64,000 nt of DNA from Terracidiphilus sp. (GTDB lineage Bacteria; Acidobacteriota; Terriglobia; Terriglobales; Acidobacteriaceae), in assembly GCA_035315085.1 (NCBI GenBank), contig DATFYK010000026.1, positions 1,538 to 65,537 on the forward strand. Reading direction: 5' to 3'. Shown here one piece after another: positions 29,058 to 38,738 of this stretch. The notes beneath the pieces were generated by a model. It had not been told where the DNA came from, searched no databases, and saw nothing but the letters and a program-made list of their open reading frames with translations. Numbering within the stretch: position 1 is the first letter of the stretch; each line of letters opens with the position of its first letter. Made by a program: the position numbers and the translations under genes.

Positions 29058-32000
29058 ATGCTTACTCTGCGTTTGCGTTCCCTTTGTGTATTGGCCGGTG
29101 CATTGCTGTGCGTTACGGCAGCGATGGCCCAGAACCCCGCACCCGCCGCACGGATCGTCAATCCGATCGACGAGAGCCAACTGAAAACGCTCAAGGGCAC
29201 CATGCATCCGCTGGCCAACGCCAAGAACGACCGCGGAGCCGCGGCAGACAGCACGCAGCTCAACCGCATGCATCTGGTTCTGACGCGCAGCGCCAGCCAG
29301 GAAACGGCCCTGCGGCAACTGATGGGCGAGCTGCACACGCCGGGCACCGCCAACTACCACAAGTGGCTGACGCCGGCCGAGTTCGGCAAGCAGTTCGGTC
29401 CCTCCGACGAGGACATCGCGACCGTTGAAACCTGGCTGACCGGGCACGGCTTCAGCGTCACGAAGGTCAATCCAGGGAAGCAGACCATCGAGTTTTCGGG
29501 CAACGTGGCCCAGTTTCGCAGCGCCTTCCATGCCCAGATTCATCAATATGAAGTGAACGGCCAGACCCATTACGCGAACGCGAGCGATCCGCAGATTCCG
29601 GCGGCGCTGGCGCCCGTGGTGGGCGGATTCGTCTCGCTGAACAACTTCCAGCTGAAGCACCCTATCAAGGTGCTCGGCAAGGCCATGTACGATCCGAAAA
29701 CAGACAAGGCCACGCCTGAGTGGAGCTGGGGCACGAGCGCTGGCGTCAATTATGTGCTTGCACCGGGCGACTATGCCGTCCAGTACGACATCGCTCCGCT
29801 CTATAACGCGACCCCGGCGATCAACGGCAGCGGCCAGGCCATCGCCATCGTCAACCCTTCCAACCTCAACATGGGCGTGGTGAATTCGTTCCGCAGCCTT
29901 TTTGGTCTTCCGTACAATCCGCCGCAGGTGATCATCGACGGCAACGACCCGGGGGTGAATGGAATCAACAATCCCGACGGCCAAAACGGCTGGGGGGTCG
30001 AATCCTACCTGGATGTGGAGTGGGCGGGAGCGGTCGCGCCCAACGCCATTGTCTATCTGGTCACCGCCGGCGACACGGAGACGGAAAACGGCCTGATTCT
30101 GGCCGCGGAGCACGCCATCTACGGCAACGTTGCACCCATCATCAGCGTGAGCGTGGGCGAATGCGAAAAGTACCTGGGCAGCTCCAACCAGTTCATCTAC
30201 AATCTCTGGGAGCAAGCCGCCGCGCAGGGAATCACTGTAATGATTTCCTCCGACGACAACGGCTCCGCCGGATGCGACAACTTCGATTCGCAGTACTATG
30301 CGGTCGGCGGCCAGGCGGTCAGCGGCTTTACCTCCACGCCGTTCAATGTCTCCGTGGGCGGAACGGACTTCTATTACAGCGACTGGGCGAGTGGCGGGGC
30401 CAGCATCGCAAACTACTGGAACACGACTCCCACCCAGATGCCCGCGGTTTCGCTGAAAAGCGTCATCCCCGAACAGCCCTGGAACGACAGCCAGTATGGC
30501 CTGAACATCTATAACGCGTTGACCGAGTCCGGCGACACGTATTCCACCATTGCGGCAGGCAGCGGCGGCGCCAGCAATTGCGTCACTGGCTCCGGCACGG
30601 GCACCTATGGCGGCTGGGCTACCTGCACCGCCGGGTATCCGAAGCCCTCGTGGCAGACCGCGGCGGCGGGAATCGGCGTGCCGAGCGACGGGGTGCGCGA
30701 CATACCCGATGTCTCGCTCTTTGCCGCCAACGGAGACAACTACAGCTTCTATCCCCTCTGCGCCGAAGATGGCGACTGCCAGACGCCATCGGGGAGCAAT
30801 CTAGTTCAGATCAGCGGCGTCGGCGGCACCTCCGCTTCGTCTCCGGCATTTGCGGGCATCATGGCGCTGGTCAATCAGCAATATGGACGCCAGGGGCAGG
30901 CGGACTTTGTGCTCTATCCTTTGGCGAAGCAGTACCCGGCGGCTTTCCATGACGTGACGGTTGGCACCAACTCCGTGCCCTGCTCTTACTCGCCAAGCAC
31001 GCCCGACTGCATCGCTGTCGCCAACCCCGTTGTCATCGACGATCCCTACTATGGTTCGGCGACGGAAGGCCAGATCGGCACCGGCACGACCCCGGAATAT
31101 AACGCCAAAGCGGGATACGATCTGGCCAGCGGGCTGGGGACGATCGACGCCAATGTTCTGGTGAGCGACTGGAACAAGGTCACCTTCGCTGCCAGCACGA
31201 CTACGCTGACGCCCTCCTCGACCAGCTTCGCCCACGGAACCGCGATCACGGTGAGCGGCACAGTGACCGGCAGCGGGACGCCGAGCGGCGAGGTGGCGCT
31301 AATGACCAGCAGCACGGAACCGGTGCAGCAGGGGCAGGGTTTCTCCGGGTTGTTCAATAGCAGTGTTGCCAGCACCTTTACCCTCAGCGGCGGAGCTTTC
31401 AGCGGCAGCGTGAGCACCTTACCGGGCGGCACCTACAACATCTGGGGCTCTTACAGCGGCGATGGCACGAATGGCATGAGCACCTCCACGCCGGTTCAGA
31501 TCACCGTGAGCCCGGAGAACAGCAACCTGGCTTTCAACATTTACACGGCCAGCGGCACGTATACTTCCACCGCGCCCCCCGGAAGCAATGTCGATTACGG
31601 GACGCAATTTTTGCTCAGCGCCACGCCCTCTCGCGCCGCGGGAGGTTCGGGGTACACGATTCCCACGGGAACGGTGACCTTCACGGATACTCTAGCTGGC
31701 TCTGGGCTGCCAAACACGGCGGTGATCAATGCCGAGGGGGAGGCGGAATTCAATGCGCCGTTCTCCGTGGGCGCGCACTCGGTGACGGCCAGTTACAGCG
31801 GGGACAGCAGCTACAACGCGAAGACAGCCGCTGCAATCCCCTTTACCGTGGTGAAGGACACGCCGTTGCTCAATCTGGTCACTTCGTTCCTAACGAATGG
31901 CGAAGCGATCAACGGCACTGGCCAGCCGACAGTGCTTACCGTCCAGATAGAAAACGGTGTCCAGAGTTCCAACTCAAGTGTGACGAGTTATGTTCCTGTC

Positions 32001-33764
32001 CAGATAGCCGCGCCAACGGGCACTGTGACCGTGACCGGGTTGCCTTCCGGCACACCCACCACCGGCACCTTGAGCCCAGGGGTGGACCCCGGTACCGGAG
32101 CCCAGTGGGGGGTAGTCAACTTCATCATCCCTGCAGGCACGGCTAGCGGAACCTATCCCGTCACGGTCAGCTACGGCGGAGATGGGAATTACAACTCCAA
32201 CTCGCAGAGCTACGCAATACCCGTCGCGAACACGAGCACAAGCGGCCTGCTGAACTCCACCACCATCGCAACCATGTCCGGGAGCATCTCGCCGACCACC
32301 ACTATTACCATCACCGGAACGGTAACCGGCCAGATTGGACACCCGGCGCCCACGGGCACGGTCAACCTCTACGTGAACGGCTACTATGAATCGATCAGTT
32401 TGTCACCGGGCACCGGGGATGTATCGAACTTTTATCTCACATTGAGCAGTTCGGGCATCCTCCAGGGAACGAACTTAATCACGTTCCAGTACAACGGCGA
32501 CAGCGTCTACAATCCCTCCGCCTACCAACTGAGCGCCGTCTCCAACCCGCTTTCGGACTTCACGCTGGCGCCGGAGTTCACGATTGTTCCCATCAGCATG
32601 AGCGGTGGCACCGGCAGTGGGACGGATACGATTAACCTGGCGTCAGTGAATGGCTTCAGCGGCAGTGTTGCCCTTACCTGCACAGCGGCTTTGGGCGTCA
32701 CCTGTTCGATTCCGGCGAGTGAGAACCTGACGAGCGGCGGCAGCGGAACGGCAACGCTCACCATCAACGCCGGGGAATATACGCCCAACCTGAGCTATAA
32801 CGTGCTGGTCACCGGAACGGATCCCACGGGAAAGTACGTTCACACGCTGGGGATTACGGCGGTGGTCAGCGGCTCAGCGGTGGGCTCCACGAGCTTCTTC
32901 CTCAGCAACAGCGGCAACATCACCGTGAGCCCCGGCGCCACAACCGGCAACACCTCGACCATTACCGTAACGCCTTTGGGCGCGTTTACCGGCACAGTGG
33001 ACCTGACCTGCGCGGTAGTGGGCCCGACGGGGGCGACCAGCCCGGCAACGTGCACCGTTCCGGCCTCGGTTACGATCAGCAGCTCGACAGCGCAAACAGC
33101 CACGCTGACTGTCAACACCACCTCCACAACCACCGCGGGAGCGTACACGGTGACGGTCACGGGCACGTCAGGGTCCATTACGCAGACCACCATCGTAACG
33201 GTCAGCGTGGGCACCCCGAGTTTTGCTCTTGCCAACAGCGGCAACATCACTGTGATGCAGGGTTCGACAAGCGGCAACACCTCGACAATTACCGTAACGC
33301 CGTCGTATGCGTTTACCGGAACAGTCAACCTGAGCTGCGCCATTACCCCAACGGCCGCCAGCCATCCGGCGACGTGCATTGTTCCGGCTTCGGTTACGAT
33401 CAGCGGCTCGGCCGCGCAGACGGCTACGCTGACGGTATACACCACGGCGTCTACCACGTCGGAGAACCAGATGAAGAAACTGTTCTGGCCATCGGCCGGC
33501 GGAGCCACTCTGGCGCTGGTGTTGTTCCTCGGCATCCCGAAACGGCGGCGTAACTGGCTGGCGATGCTCGGGCTGCTGGTCCTGTTTGCTTCTGTTGGCG
33601 CTCTCGGTTGCGGCGGCGGCGGAGGAGGCGGAGGTGGAGGTGGCAACAACGGCACCACACCCGGGACTTACACGGTGACCGTGACCGGAACTTCGGGGAC
33701 GGGCGCTTCGGCTATCACGCAAACCACCGCTGTAACACTTACCGTGAACGCACCCTTGCCGTGA
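29058..33764 (+). CDS. Second S53 protease with pro-domain, Ig-like repeats and C-terminal TM/lipobox cassette
   Basis: Signal peptide from ATG 29058; ESYLD, SSDDNG, GGTS, GYDLASGLG; multiple Ig repeats. Confidence 0.92.
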   Translation: MLTLRLRSLCVLAGALLCVTAAMAQNPAPAARIVNPIDESQLKTLKGTMHPLANAKNDRGAAADSTQLNRMHLVLTRSASQETALRQLMGELHTPGTANYHKWLTPAEFGKQFGPSDEDIATVETWLTGHGFSVTKVNPGKQTIEFSGNVAQFRSAFHAQIHQYEVNGQTHYANASDPQIPAALAPVVGGFVSLNNFQLKHPIKVLGKAMYDPKTDKATPEWSWGTSAGVNYVLAPGDYAVQYDIAPLYNATPAINGSGQAIAIVNPSNLNMGVVNSFRSLFGLPYNPPQVIIDGNDPGVNGINNPDGQNGWGVESYLDVEWAGAVAPNAIVYLVTAGDTETENGLILAAEHAIYGNVAPIISVSVGECEKYLGSSNQFIYNLWEQAAAQGITVMISSDDNGSAGCDNFDSQYYAVGGQAVSGFTSTPFNVSVGGTDFYYSDWASGGASIANYWNTTPTQMPAVSLKSVIPEQPWNDSQYGLNIYNALTESGDTYSTIAAGSGGASNCVTGSGTGTYGGWATCTAGYPKPSWQTAAAGIGVPSDGVRDIPDVSLFAANGDNYSFYPLCAEDGDCQTPSGSNLVQISGVGGTSASSPAFAGIMALVNQQYGRQGQADFVLYPLAKQYPAAFHDVTVGTNSVPCSYSPSTPDCIAVANPVVIDDPYYGSATEGQIGTGTTPEYNAKAGYDLASGLGTIDANVLVSDWNKVTFAASTTTLTPSSTSFAHGTAITVSGTVTGSGTPSGEVALMTSSTEPVQQGQGFSGLFNSSVASTFTLSGGAFSGSVSTLPGGTYNIWGSYSGDGTNGMSTSTPVQITVSPENSNLAFNIYTASGTYTSTAPPGSNVDYGTQFLLSATPSRAAGGSGYTIPTGTVTFTDTLAGSGLPNTAVINAEGEAEFNAPFSVGAHSVTASYSGDSSYNAKTAAAIPFTVVKDTPLLNLVTSFLTNGEAINGTGQPTVLTVQIENGVQSSNSSVTSYVPVQIAAPTGTVTVTGLPSGTPTTGTLSPGVDPGTGAQWGVVNFIIPAGTASGTYPVTVSYGGDGNYNSNSQSYAIPVANTSTSGLLNSTTIATMSGSISPTTTITITGTVTGQIGHPAPTGTVNLYVNGYYESISLSPGTGDVSNFYLTLSSSGILQGTNLITFQYNGDSVYNPSAYQLSAVSNPLSDFTLAPEFTIVPISMSGGTGSGTDTINLASVNGFSGSVALTCTAALGVTCSIPASENLTSGGSGTATLTINAGEYTPNLSYNVLVTGTDPTGKYVHTLGITAVVSGSAVGSTSFFLSNSGNITVSPGATTGNTSTITVTPLGAFTGTVDLTCAVVGPTGATSPATCTVPASVTISSSTAQTATLTVNTTSTTTAGAYTVTVTGTSGSITQTTIVTVSVGTPSFALANSGNITVMQGSTSGNTSTITVTPSYAFTGTVNLSCAITPTAASHPATCIVPASVTISGSAAQTATLTVYTTASTTSENQMKKLFWPSAGGATLALVLFLGIPKRRRNWLAMLGLLVLFASVGALGCGGGGGGGGGGGNNGTTPGTYTVTVTGTSGTGASAITQTTAVTLTVNAPLP

Positions 33765-33797
33765 GCGCGGCGAGTTAGAGCGGTCCAATAAGCACGT

Positions 33798-33836
33798 CGC
33801 ATGGGCCCTTCCTTCGGGAAGGGCCCATGCGTTTTT
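33798..33836 (+). terminator. Intrinsic terminator (between convergent S53 gene and kdpC)
   Basis: CGCATGGGCCCTTCC-TTCG-GGAAGGGCCCATGCG followed by TTTTT. Confidence 0.9.
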
Positions 33837-33878
33837 GGGAGGGAGTGCCGGTGGGCGGGGAAGCCGGATTGCTAAAAG

Positions 33879-34499
33879 CTATTTGGCGATCTTGTCGAGG
33901 GCGAGGTTCAGGTCGAGGACGTTGACGCGGGGTTCGCCGAGGAGGCCGAGCTGGCGGGTGGTGGTGTGTTGCTGGATGAGCTTGCGTACTGTGTCTTCGC
34001 TCAGGTTGCGGGCTTTGGCGACGCGAGGCGCCTGGAAGAAGGCGGCGTCGGGGGTGATGTCGGGATCGAGGCCGGAGGCGGACATGGTGACCAGGTCGAT
34101 GGGCACGGGTTTGCCGGGGTTCTCGGCGGCCAGCTTGTCGATGGAGCCCTGGATGCGGTCGACGAGGGCCTTGCTGGATTGGGCCAGGTTGGAGCCGCCC
34201 GAGGAGGTGGCGTCGTAGCCGTTGCCTGCGGCCGAGGGGCGGGGATGGAAGTATTTGTCGGAGGTGAAGCTCTGCGCCAGCAGCTCGGAGCCGATGATCT
34301 GGCCGTCTTTGAGGATGAGGCTTCCGGCAGCCTGGTGCGGAAAGATGAGGCCGGCGATGCCGGTGACGACGAGCGGATAGCCGAGGCCCAGCAGGAGCGT
34401 GGTTACGATGGTGAAGAGAATCGAGGTCTTCCAGACGGAATGCATGGCCGATGCGGCCGGCGGTTTTGCAGCGGGAGCCAGAGTAGATGTGGAATGCAC
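33879..34499 (-). CDS. kdpC: K+-transporting ATPase subunit C
   Basis: YPLVVT, GSELLAQ, YFHPRPSA, SGGSN, SASGLDPDI, GEPRVNVL. Confidence 0.96.
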   Translation of the reverse strand: MHSTSTLAPAAKPPAASAMHSVWKTSILFTIVTTLLLGLGYPLVVTGIAGLIFPHQAAGSLILKDGQIIGSELLAQSFTSDKYFHPRPSAAGNGYDATSSGGSNLAQSSKALVDRIQGSIDKLAAENPGKPVPIDLVTMSASGLDPDITPDAAFFQAPRVAKARNLSEDTVRKLIQQHTTTRQLGLLGEPRVNVLDLNLALDKIAK

Positions 34500-34537
34500 G
34501 GTGAATCTCCTTGCGGGGCGGGACGCAGCCCCTGTGT

Positions 34538-36571
34538 TTACGCCAGGTGCACGGCTACCAGGAACATGTCGATGGCCTTGATGCCGAAGAACGGGATGAT
34601 GATGCCGCCCACGCCGTAGAACAGCAGGTTATTGCGCAGCAGGATATCGGCGGCCTTGGGCTCGTACTTGACGCCTTTGAGGGCCAGCGGGATGAGGGCC
34701 ACGATGATCAGCGCGTTGAAGATGACCGCGGAGAGGATGGCCGACTGGGGCGAGTGCAGGAACATGATGTTGAGCGCACCCAGCACCGGGAAGACGCCGG
34801 CGAACATGGCGGGGATGATGGCGAAGTACTTGGCCACGTCGTTGGCGATGGAGAAGGTGGTGAGCGCACCGCGGGTCATGAGGAGCTGCTTGCCGATCTC
34901 GACGATCTCGATGAGCTTGGTGGGGTTGGAGTCCAGATCGACCATGTTTCCGGCTTCTTTCGCGGCTTGCGTGCCGGAGTTCATGGCCACGCCCACATCG
35001 GCCTGGGCCAGGGCGGGAGCGTCGTTGGTGCCGTCGCCGGTCATGGCCACCAGCTTGCCCTTGCTCTGCTCGCGCTTGATGAGGTCCATCTTGTCCTTGG
35101 GCTTGGCCTCGGCCAAAAAGTCGTCGACGCCTGCCTCGCGGGCAATGACGGCGGCGGTGAGCGGGTTGTCGCCGGTAATCATAATGGTGCGGATGCCCAT
35201 GGCACGCAGGCGGGCGAGGCGCTCCTTGAGGCCTCCCTTGACGATGTCCTTGAGATAGATGACGCCCAGAGCGGCGGCGTTTTCGGCCACGACCAGAGGC
35301 GTGCCGCCGGCGCGGGCGATCTCTTCCACCTGTTCGCGGACCTTCTGGGGCAACTGCGATCCCTGCTCCTCGAGGAAGCGGGCGATGGCGTCTACGGAGC
35401 CTTTGCGGATGCGCGCGCCAGGCATGTTGACGCCGCTCATGCGGGTCTGTGCGGTGAAGGGCACGAACTCGGCGTGAATGCCGGCCAGATCGCGGCCGCG
35501 CAGGTTGTACAATTCCTTGGCCAGAACGACGATGGAGCGGCCTTCGGGGGTTTCGTCGGAGAGCGAGGCGAGTTGCGCGGCGTTGGCGAGGCGCTCATGG
35601 CTGACGTCGGGCGCGGGGAAGAACTCGGTGGCCTGGCGATTGCCGAGGGTGATGGTGCCGGTCTTGTCGAGCAGCAGGGTGTTCACGTCGCCGGCGGCTT
35701 CAACGGCGCGCCCGCTCATGGCCAGGACGTTGTACTGGACCAGCCGGTCCATGCCTGCGATGCCGATGGCCGAAAGCAAGCCGCCGATGGTGGTGGGAAT
35801 GAGGCAGACCAGCAGCGAGACCAGCACGAAGATAGTCTGCGGGGCCTTGGAGTACATGGCGAAGGGCTGCAGCGTGACCACGGCCAGCAGAAAGACGATG
35901 GTCAAGCCGGAGAGCAAGATGCTGAGGGCGATCTCATTGGGAGTCTTCTGGCGAGTGGCGCCCTCGACCAGGGCGATCATGCGGTCGAGGAAGGTTTCGC
36001 CGGGGTTGGAGGTGATGCGGACCTTGATCCAGTCGGAGAGAACTTTCGTTCCGCCGGTGACAGCGGAGCGGTCGCCGCCGGCTTCGCGGATGACGGGAGC
36101 GGACTCGCCGGTGATGGCCGACTCGTCCACCGAAGCCACGCCCTCGATGACCTCGCCGTCGCCGGCGATGTAACTGCCGGCTGCAACGTAGATCACGTCG
36201 CCCAGGCGGAGCAGGCCGCTGGCGACCTCTTCAAAGCCGCCGCTGGCGGTGTAGCGCTGGGCAATGGTCTCGCCCTTGGCCTTGCGCAGGGTGTCAGCCT
36301 GGGCTTTGCCGCGGCCTTCGGCCATGGCCTCGGCAAAGTTGGCGAAGAGCACCGTGAACCACAACCAGAGAGTGATCTGGAGGTTGAAGCCGAAGCCGGG
36401 GCGGTGGTTGACGATGTTGTCGATGAGCAGCGCCGAGGTGAGCACGCTGCCCACCTCGACCACAAACATCACCGGGTTCTTGACCATCCAGCGTGGATCG
36501 AGCTTACGCACCGAGTCCAGCGTTGCCTGGACAATGATTTTCGTGTTCCAAAGACTCTTTTTTTCAAGCAT
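34538..36571 (-). CDS. kdpB: K+-transporting P-type ATPase subunit B
   Basis: [37 protein letters not shown]. Confidence 0.98.
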   Translation of the reverse strand: MLEKKSLWNTKIIVQATLDSVRKLDPRWMVKNPVMFVVEVGSVLTSALLIDNIVNHRPGFGFNLQITLWLWFTVLFANFAEAMAEGRGKAQADTLRKAKGETIAQRYTASGGFEEVASGLLRLGDVIYVAAGSYIAGDGEVIEGVASVDESAITGESAPVIREAGGDRSAVTGGTKVLSDWIKVRITSNPGETFLDRMIALVEGATRQKTPNEIALSILLSGLTIVFLLAVVTLQPFAMYSKAPQTIFVLVSLLVCLIPTTIGGLLSAIGIAGMDRLVQYNVLAMSGRAVEAAGDVNTLLLDKTGTITLGNRQATEFFPAPDVSHERLANAAQLASLSDETPEGRSIVVLAKELYNLRGRDLAGIHAEFVPFTAQTRMSGVNMPGARIRKGSVDAIARFLEEQGSQLPQKVREQVEEIARAGGTPLVVAENAAALGVIYLKDIVKGGLKERLARLRAMGIRTIMITGDNPLTAAVIAREAGVDDFLAEAKPKDKMDLIKREQSKGKLVAMTGDGTNDAPALAQADVGVAMNSGTQAAKEAGNMVDLDSNPTKLIEIVEIGKQLLMTRGALTTFSIANDVAKYFAIIPAMFAGVFPVLGALNIMFLHSPQSAILSAVIFNALIIVALIPLALKGVKYEPKAADILLRNNLLFYGVGGIIIPFFGIKAIDMFLVAVHLA

Positions 36572-36607
36572 GACAGTCCGTTTCGCCTTGTCCTGATGCG
36601 GTATCGG

Positions 36608-38347
36608 TTAGAAGAGCTGTCCCGCCTTAAGCAGCAGGTGTTCCAGAATCGGTCCCAGGCTCAAGGCCGGGAAGAAGGTGAGCGCGCCGACAATCACGAC
36701 CACGCCGACCAGCAACACGGTAAACAGGGCGGTATTGACCGGAAAGGTGCCCAGCGAGGGAGGGACGCTCTTCTTGCTGGCCAGGTTGCCAGCCAAAGCC
36801 AGCACCGGGATCGACATCAAGAAGCGGCCGATCAGCATGTCCCAACCGAGGGCGACGTTGTACCACCACTGAGTGGTGGGATTGACGGGGATGTTGAGTC
36901 CGGCAAAAGCCGAACCATTGTTGCCCGCGCCCGAGGTAAAGGCGTAGAGAATCTCGGAAAACCCGTGCGGCCCCTGATTGGTGAGCGCGGAGAGGCCGAT
37001 GGTGGGCGAGAGCACGAAGATGGCGGTGAAGGTGAGGATGATGAGCGGGAAGATGAGCACGTAGAGCATGGACATCTTCACGTCGTAGGCTTCGATTTTC
37101 TTGCCCAGGTATTCAGGCGTGCGGCCCACCATGAGGCCGGCAATGAAGACAGAGAGCACCACCATGATCAGCATGCCGTAAAGGCCGGAGCCAACGCCGC
37201 CGAAGACCACCTCGCCAAGCATGATGTTGGAGAGCACCACCATGCCGCCGAGGGGAGTGAGCGAGTCGTGCATGCTGGTTACGGCGCCGCAACTGGCGTC
37301 GGTGGTGATGGTGGCGAAGAGGGCCGATTCGGCGATGCCGTTGCGGACCTCCTTGCCTTCCATGTTGCCGGCGGGAGCGGTAGCGGTGCCGGTTTGCGCC
37401 GCGCCGTGAATGAGCGGATGCGGATGCGACTCGGCCCAGTAGACGGTCGCGAATCCGGCGGCAAAGAGCACATACATGGCGGCCAGCACGGCCCAGCCGT
37501 GGCCCGGCGAGCCGGTCATGCGGCCCAGCGTATAGGTGAGCCCCGCGGGGATGATGAAGATCGACAGGATCTGCAGGAAGTTCGAAAACGGCGTGGGATT
37601 CTCGAAGGGATGGGCGCTGTTGGCATTGGTGAATCCGCCGCCGTTGGTGCCCAGCATTTTGATGGCTTCCTGGGAGGCGACGGGACCCTGCGCTATGGTC
37701 TGCGTCTGGCCTTCCAGCGTATGGGCCTGGGTGTAGGCGCGCAGGTTCTGCGGAACCCCCTGGCCCACGAGGAGCAGCGCGTAGATCAGTGAGGCGGGCA
37801 GGAGCACGTAGAGCAGGGTGCGCGTCATGTCCACCCAGAAGTTGCCGATCATTCCGGATACGGTTCGCTTGATGCCGCGGATGAGGGCCAGGGCCACCAC
37901 GATGCCGCCCGCCGCTGACCAGAAGTTATGCGTGGCGAGGCCGGCCATCTGGGTGAGATAGCTCATGGTGGTTTCGGGCGTATACGACTGCCAGTTGGTG
38001 TTGGTGGTAAAGCTGGCAGCCGTGTTCCAGGCCAGGTCTGGTCCCACCGCGGCCAGTCCCTGGGGGTTGAAGGGCAACAGTGCCTGCAATCGCTCGATGG
38101 CGTAGGTGGCCAGCAGAGTCACCGCCGCGAAGCCCAGCATGGCATAGGCGTACTCACGCCAGTTCATTTCCTTGTCTGCGTTGACGCCGCACAGCCTGTA
38201 GATGAGTCGTTCGATGGGGCGGAGGACCGGATCCAGCCAGGTGCGTTCACCCTCGAAAACGCGGGCCAGATAGATGCCCACGGGACGAACGGTTGCCAGC
38301 AGAATCAGAGAGTAGATGGCAAACTGCAACCAGCCGTTGGCGGACAT
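36608..38347 (-). CDS. kdpA: K+-transporting ATPase subunit A
   Basis: SFTTNTNWQSY, GTNGGG, ASCGA, FGGVGSG, GRTPEYLGKK, NNGSAFAG. Confidence 0.98.
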   Translation of the reverse strand: MSANGWLQFAIYSLILLATVRPVGIYLARVFEGERTWLDPVLRPIERLIYRLCGVNADKEMNWREYAYAMLGFAAVTLLATYAIERLQALLPFNPQGLAAVGPDLAWNTAASFTTNTNWQSYTPETTMSYLTQMAGLATHNFWSAAGGIVVALALIRGIKRTVSGMIGNFWVDMTRTLLYVLLPASLIYALLLVGQGVPQNLRAYTQAHTLEGQTQTIAQGPVASQEAIKMLGTNGGGFTNANSAHPFENPTPFSNFLQILSIFIIPAGLTYTLGRMTGSPGHGWAVLAAMYVLFAAGFATVYWAESHPHPLIHGAAQTGTATAPAGNMEGKEVRNGIAESALFATITTDASCGAVTSMHDSLTPLGGMVVLSNIMLGEVVFGGVGSGLYGMLIMVVLSVFIAGLMVGRTPEYLGKKIEAYDVKMSMLYVLIFPLIILTFTAIFVLSPTIGLSALTNQGPHGFSEILYAFTSGAGNNGSAFAGLNIPVNPTTQWWYNVALGWDMLIGRFLMSIPVLALAGNLASKKSVPPSLGTFPVNTALFTVLLVGVVVIVGALTFFPALSLGPILEHLLLKAGQLF

Positions 38348-38348
38348 G

Positions 38349-38444
38349 TCAGAACTTCTCCGGGAAAAGCAGGGTGATAATCAGGTAACCGAACAAGAGG
38401 ACGGACAGAACGAGCGCAACGACGGCAACGATGTCGGTTTGCAT
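38349..38444 (-). CDS. kdpF: K+-transporting ATPase subunit F (31 aa)
   Basis: Manual translation MQTDIVAVVALVLSVLLFGYLIITLLFPEKF*; YL..LL.PEKF is the KdpF signature; lies directly upstream of kdpA. Confidence 0.92.
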   Translation of the reverse strand: MQTDIVAVVALVLSVLLFGYLIITLLFPEKF

Positions 38445-38447
38445 GGG

Positions 38448-38534
38448 TTACCTCAACTTCTGGCATGCCTTGACGTAAAGAAACGCCAGGGCGAAGAAAA
38501 CTAGGGTGAACAGCAACATCAATCCATCTTGCAT
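38448..38534 (-). CDS. 28-aa hydrophobic peptide upstream of kdpF (KdpZ-like)
   Basis: Manual translation MQDGLMLLFTLVFFALAFLYVKACQKLR*; single TM plus basic tail; stop 3 bp before the kdpF start. Confidence 0.72.
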   Translation of the reverse strand: MQDGLMLLFTLVFFALAFLYVKACQKLR

Positions 38535-38620
38535 CGCAGGTCTCTCATTTTCAGGCGCATGACGCCGTTCGTCATGGGCCGGATTGCAGGCTCAAAAACC
38601 ATTCTGGCTCAGGCCAAGTT

Positions 38621-38656
38621 CAAGTATCGATAAGATTTCCTAAATAAAGCGTAAGG
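38621..38656 (-). promoter_or_regulatory. Candidate KdpE-binding tandem half-sites
   Basis: Minus-strand CTTA, TTTA, CTTA, CTTG at 11/10/10-bp spacing in an AT-rich tract upstream of the kdp operon. Confidence 0.4.
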
Positions 38657-38738
38657 ACTCAATGAAAGAGGAGAAATCTGGTTGAAACCCATGGAAAACC
38701 GGGTTCCATAGCCCTCGATGCATGGAGGATTGGGGAAG

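Noticed and set aside
34511-37792. 1093-aa ORF antisense to kdpBA (and similar long antisense ORFs at 41857-44007 and 49401-51497)
   Set aside because: Shadow frames of high-GC3 genes; no recognisable motifs, and fully overlapped by well-supported genes
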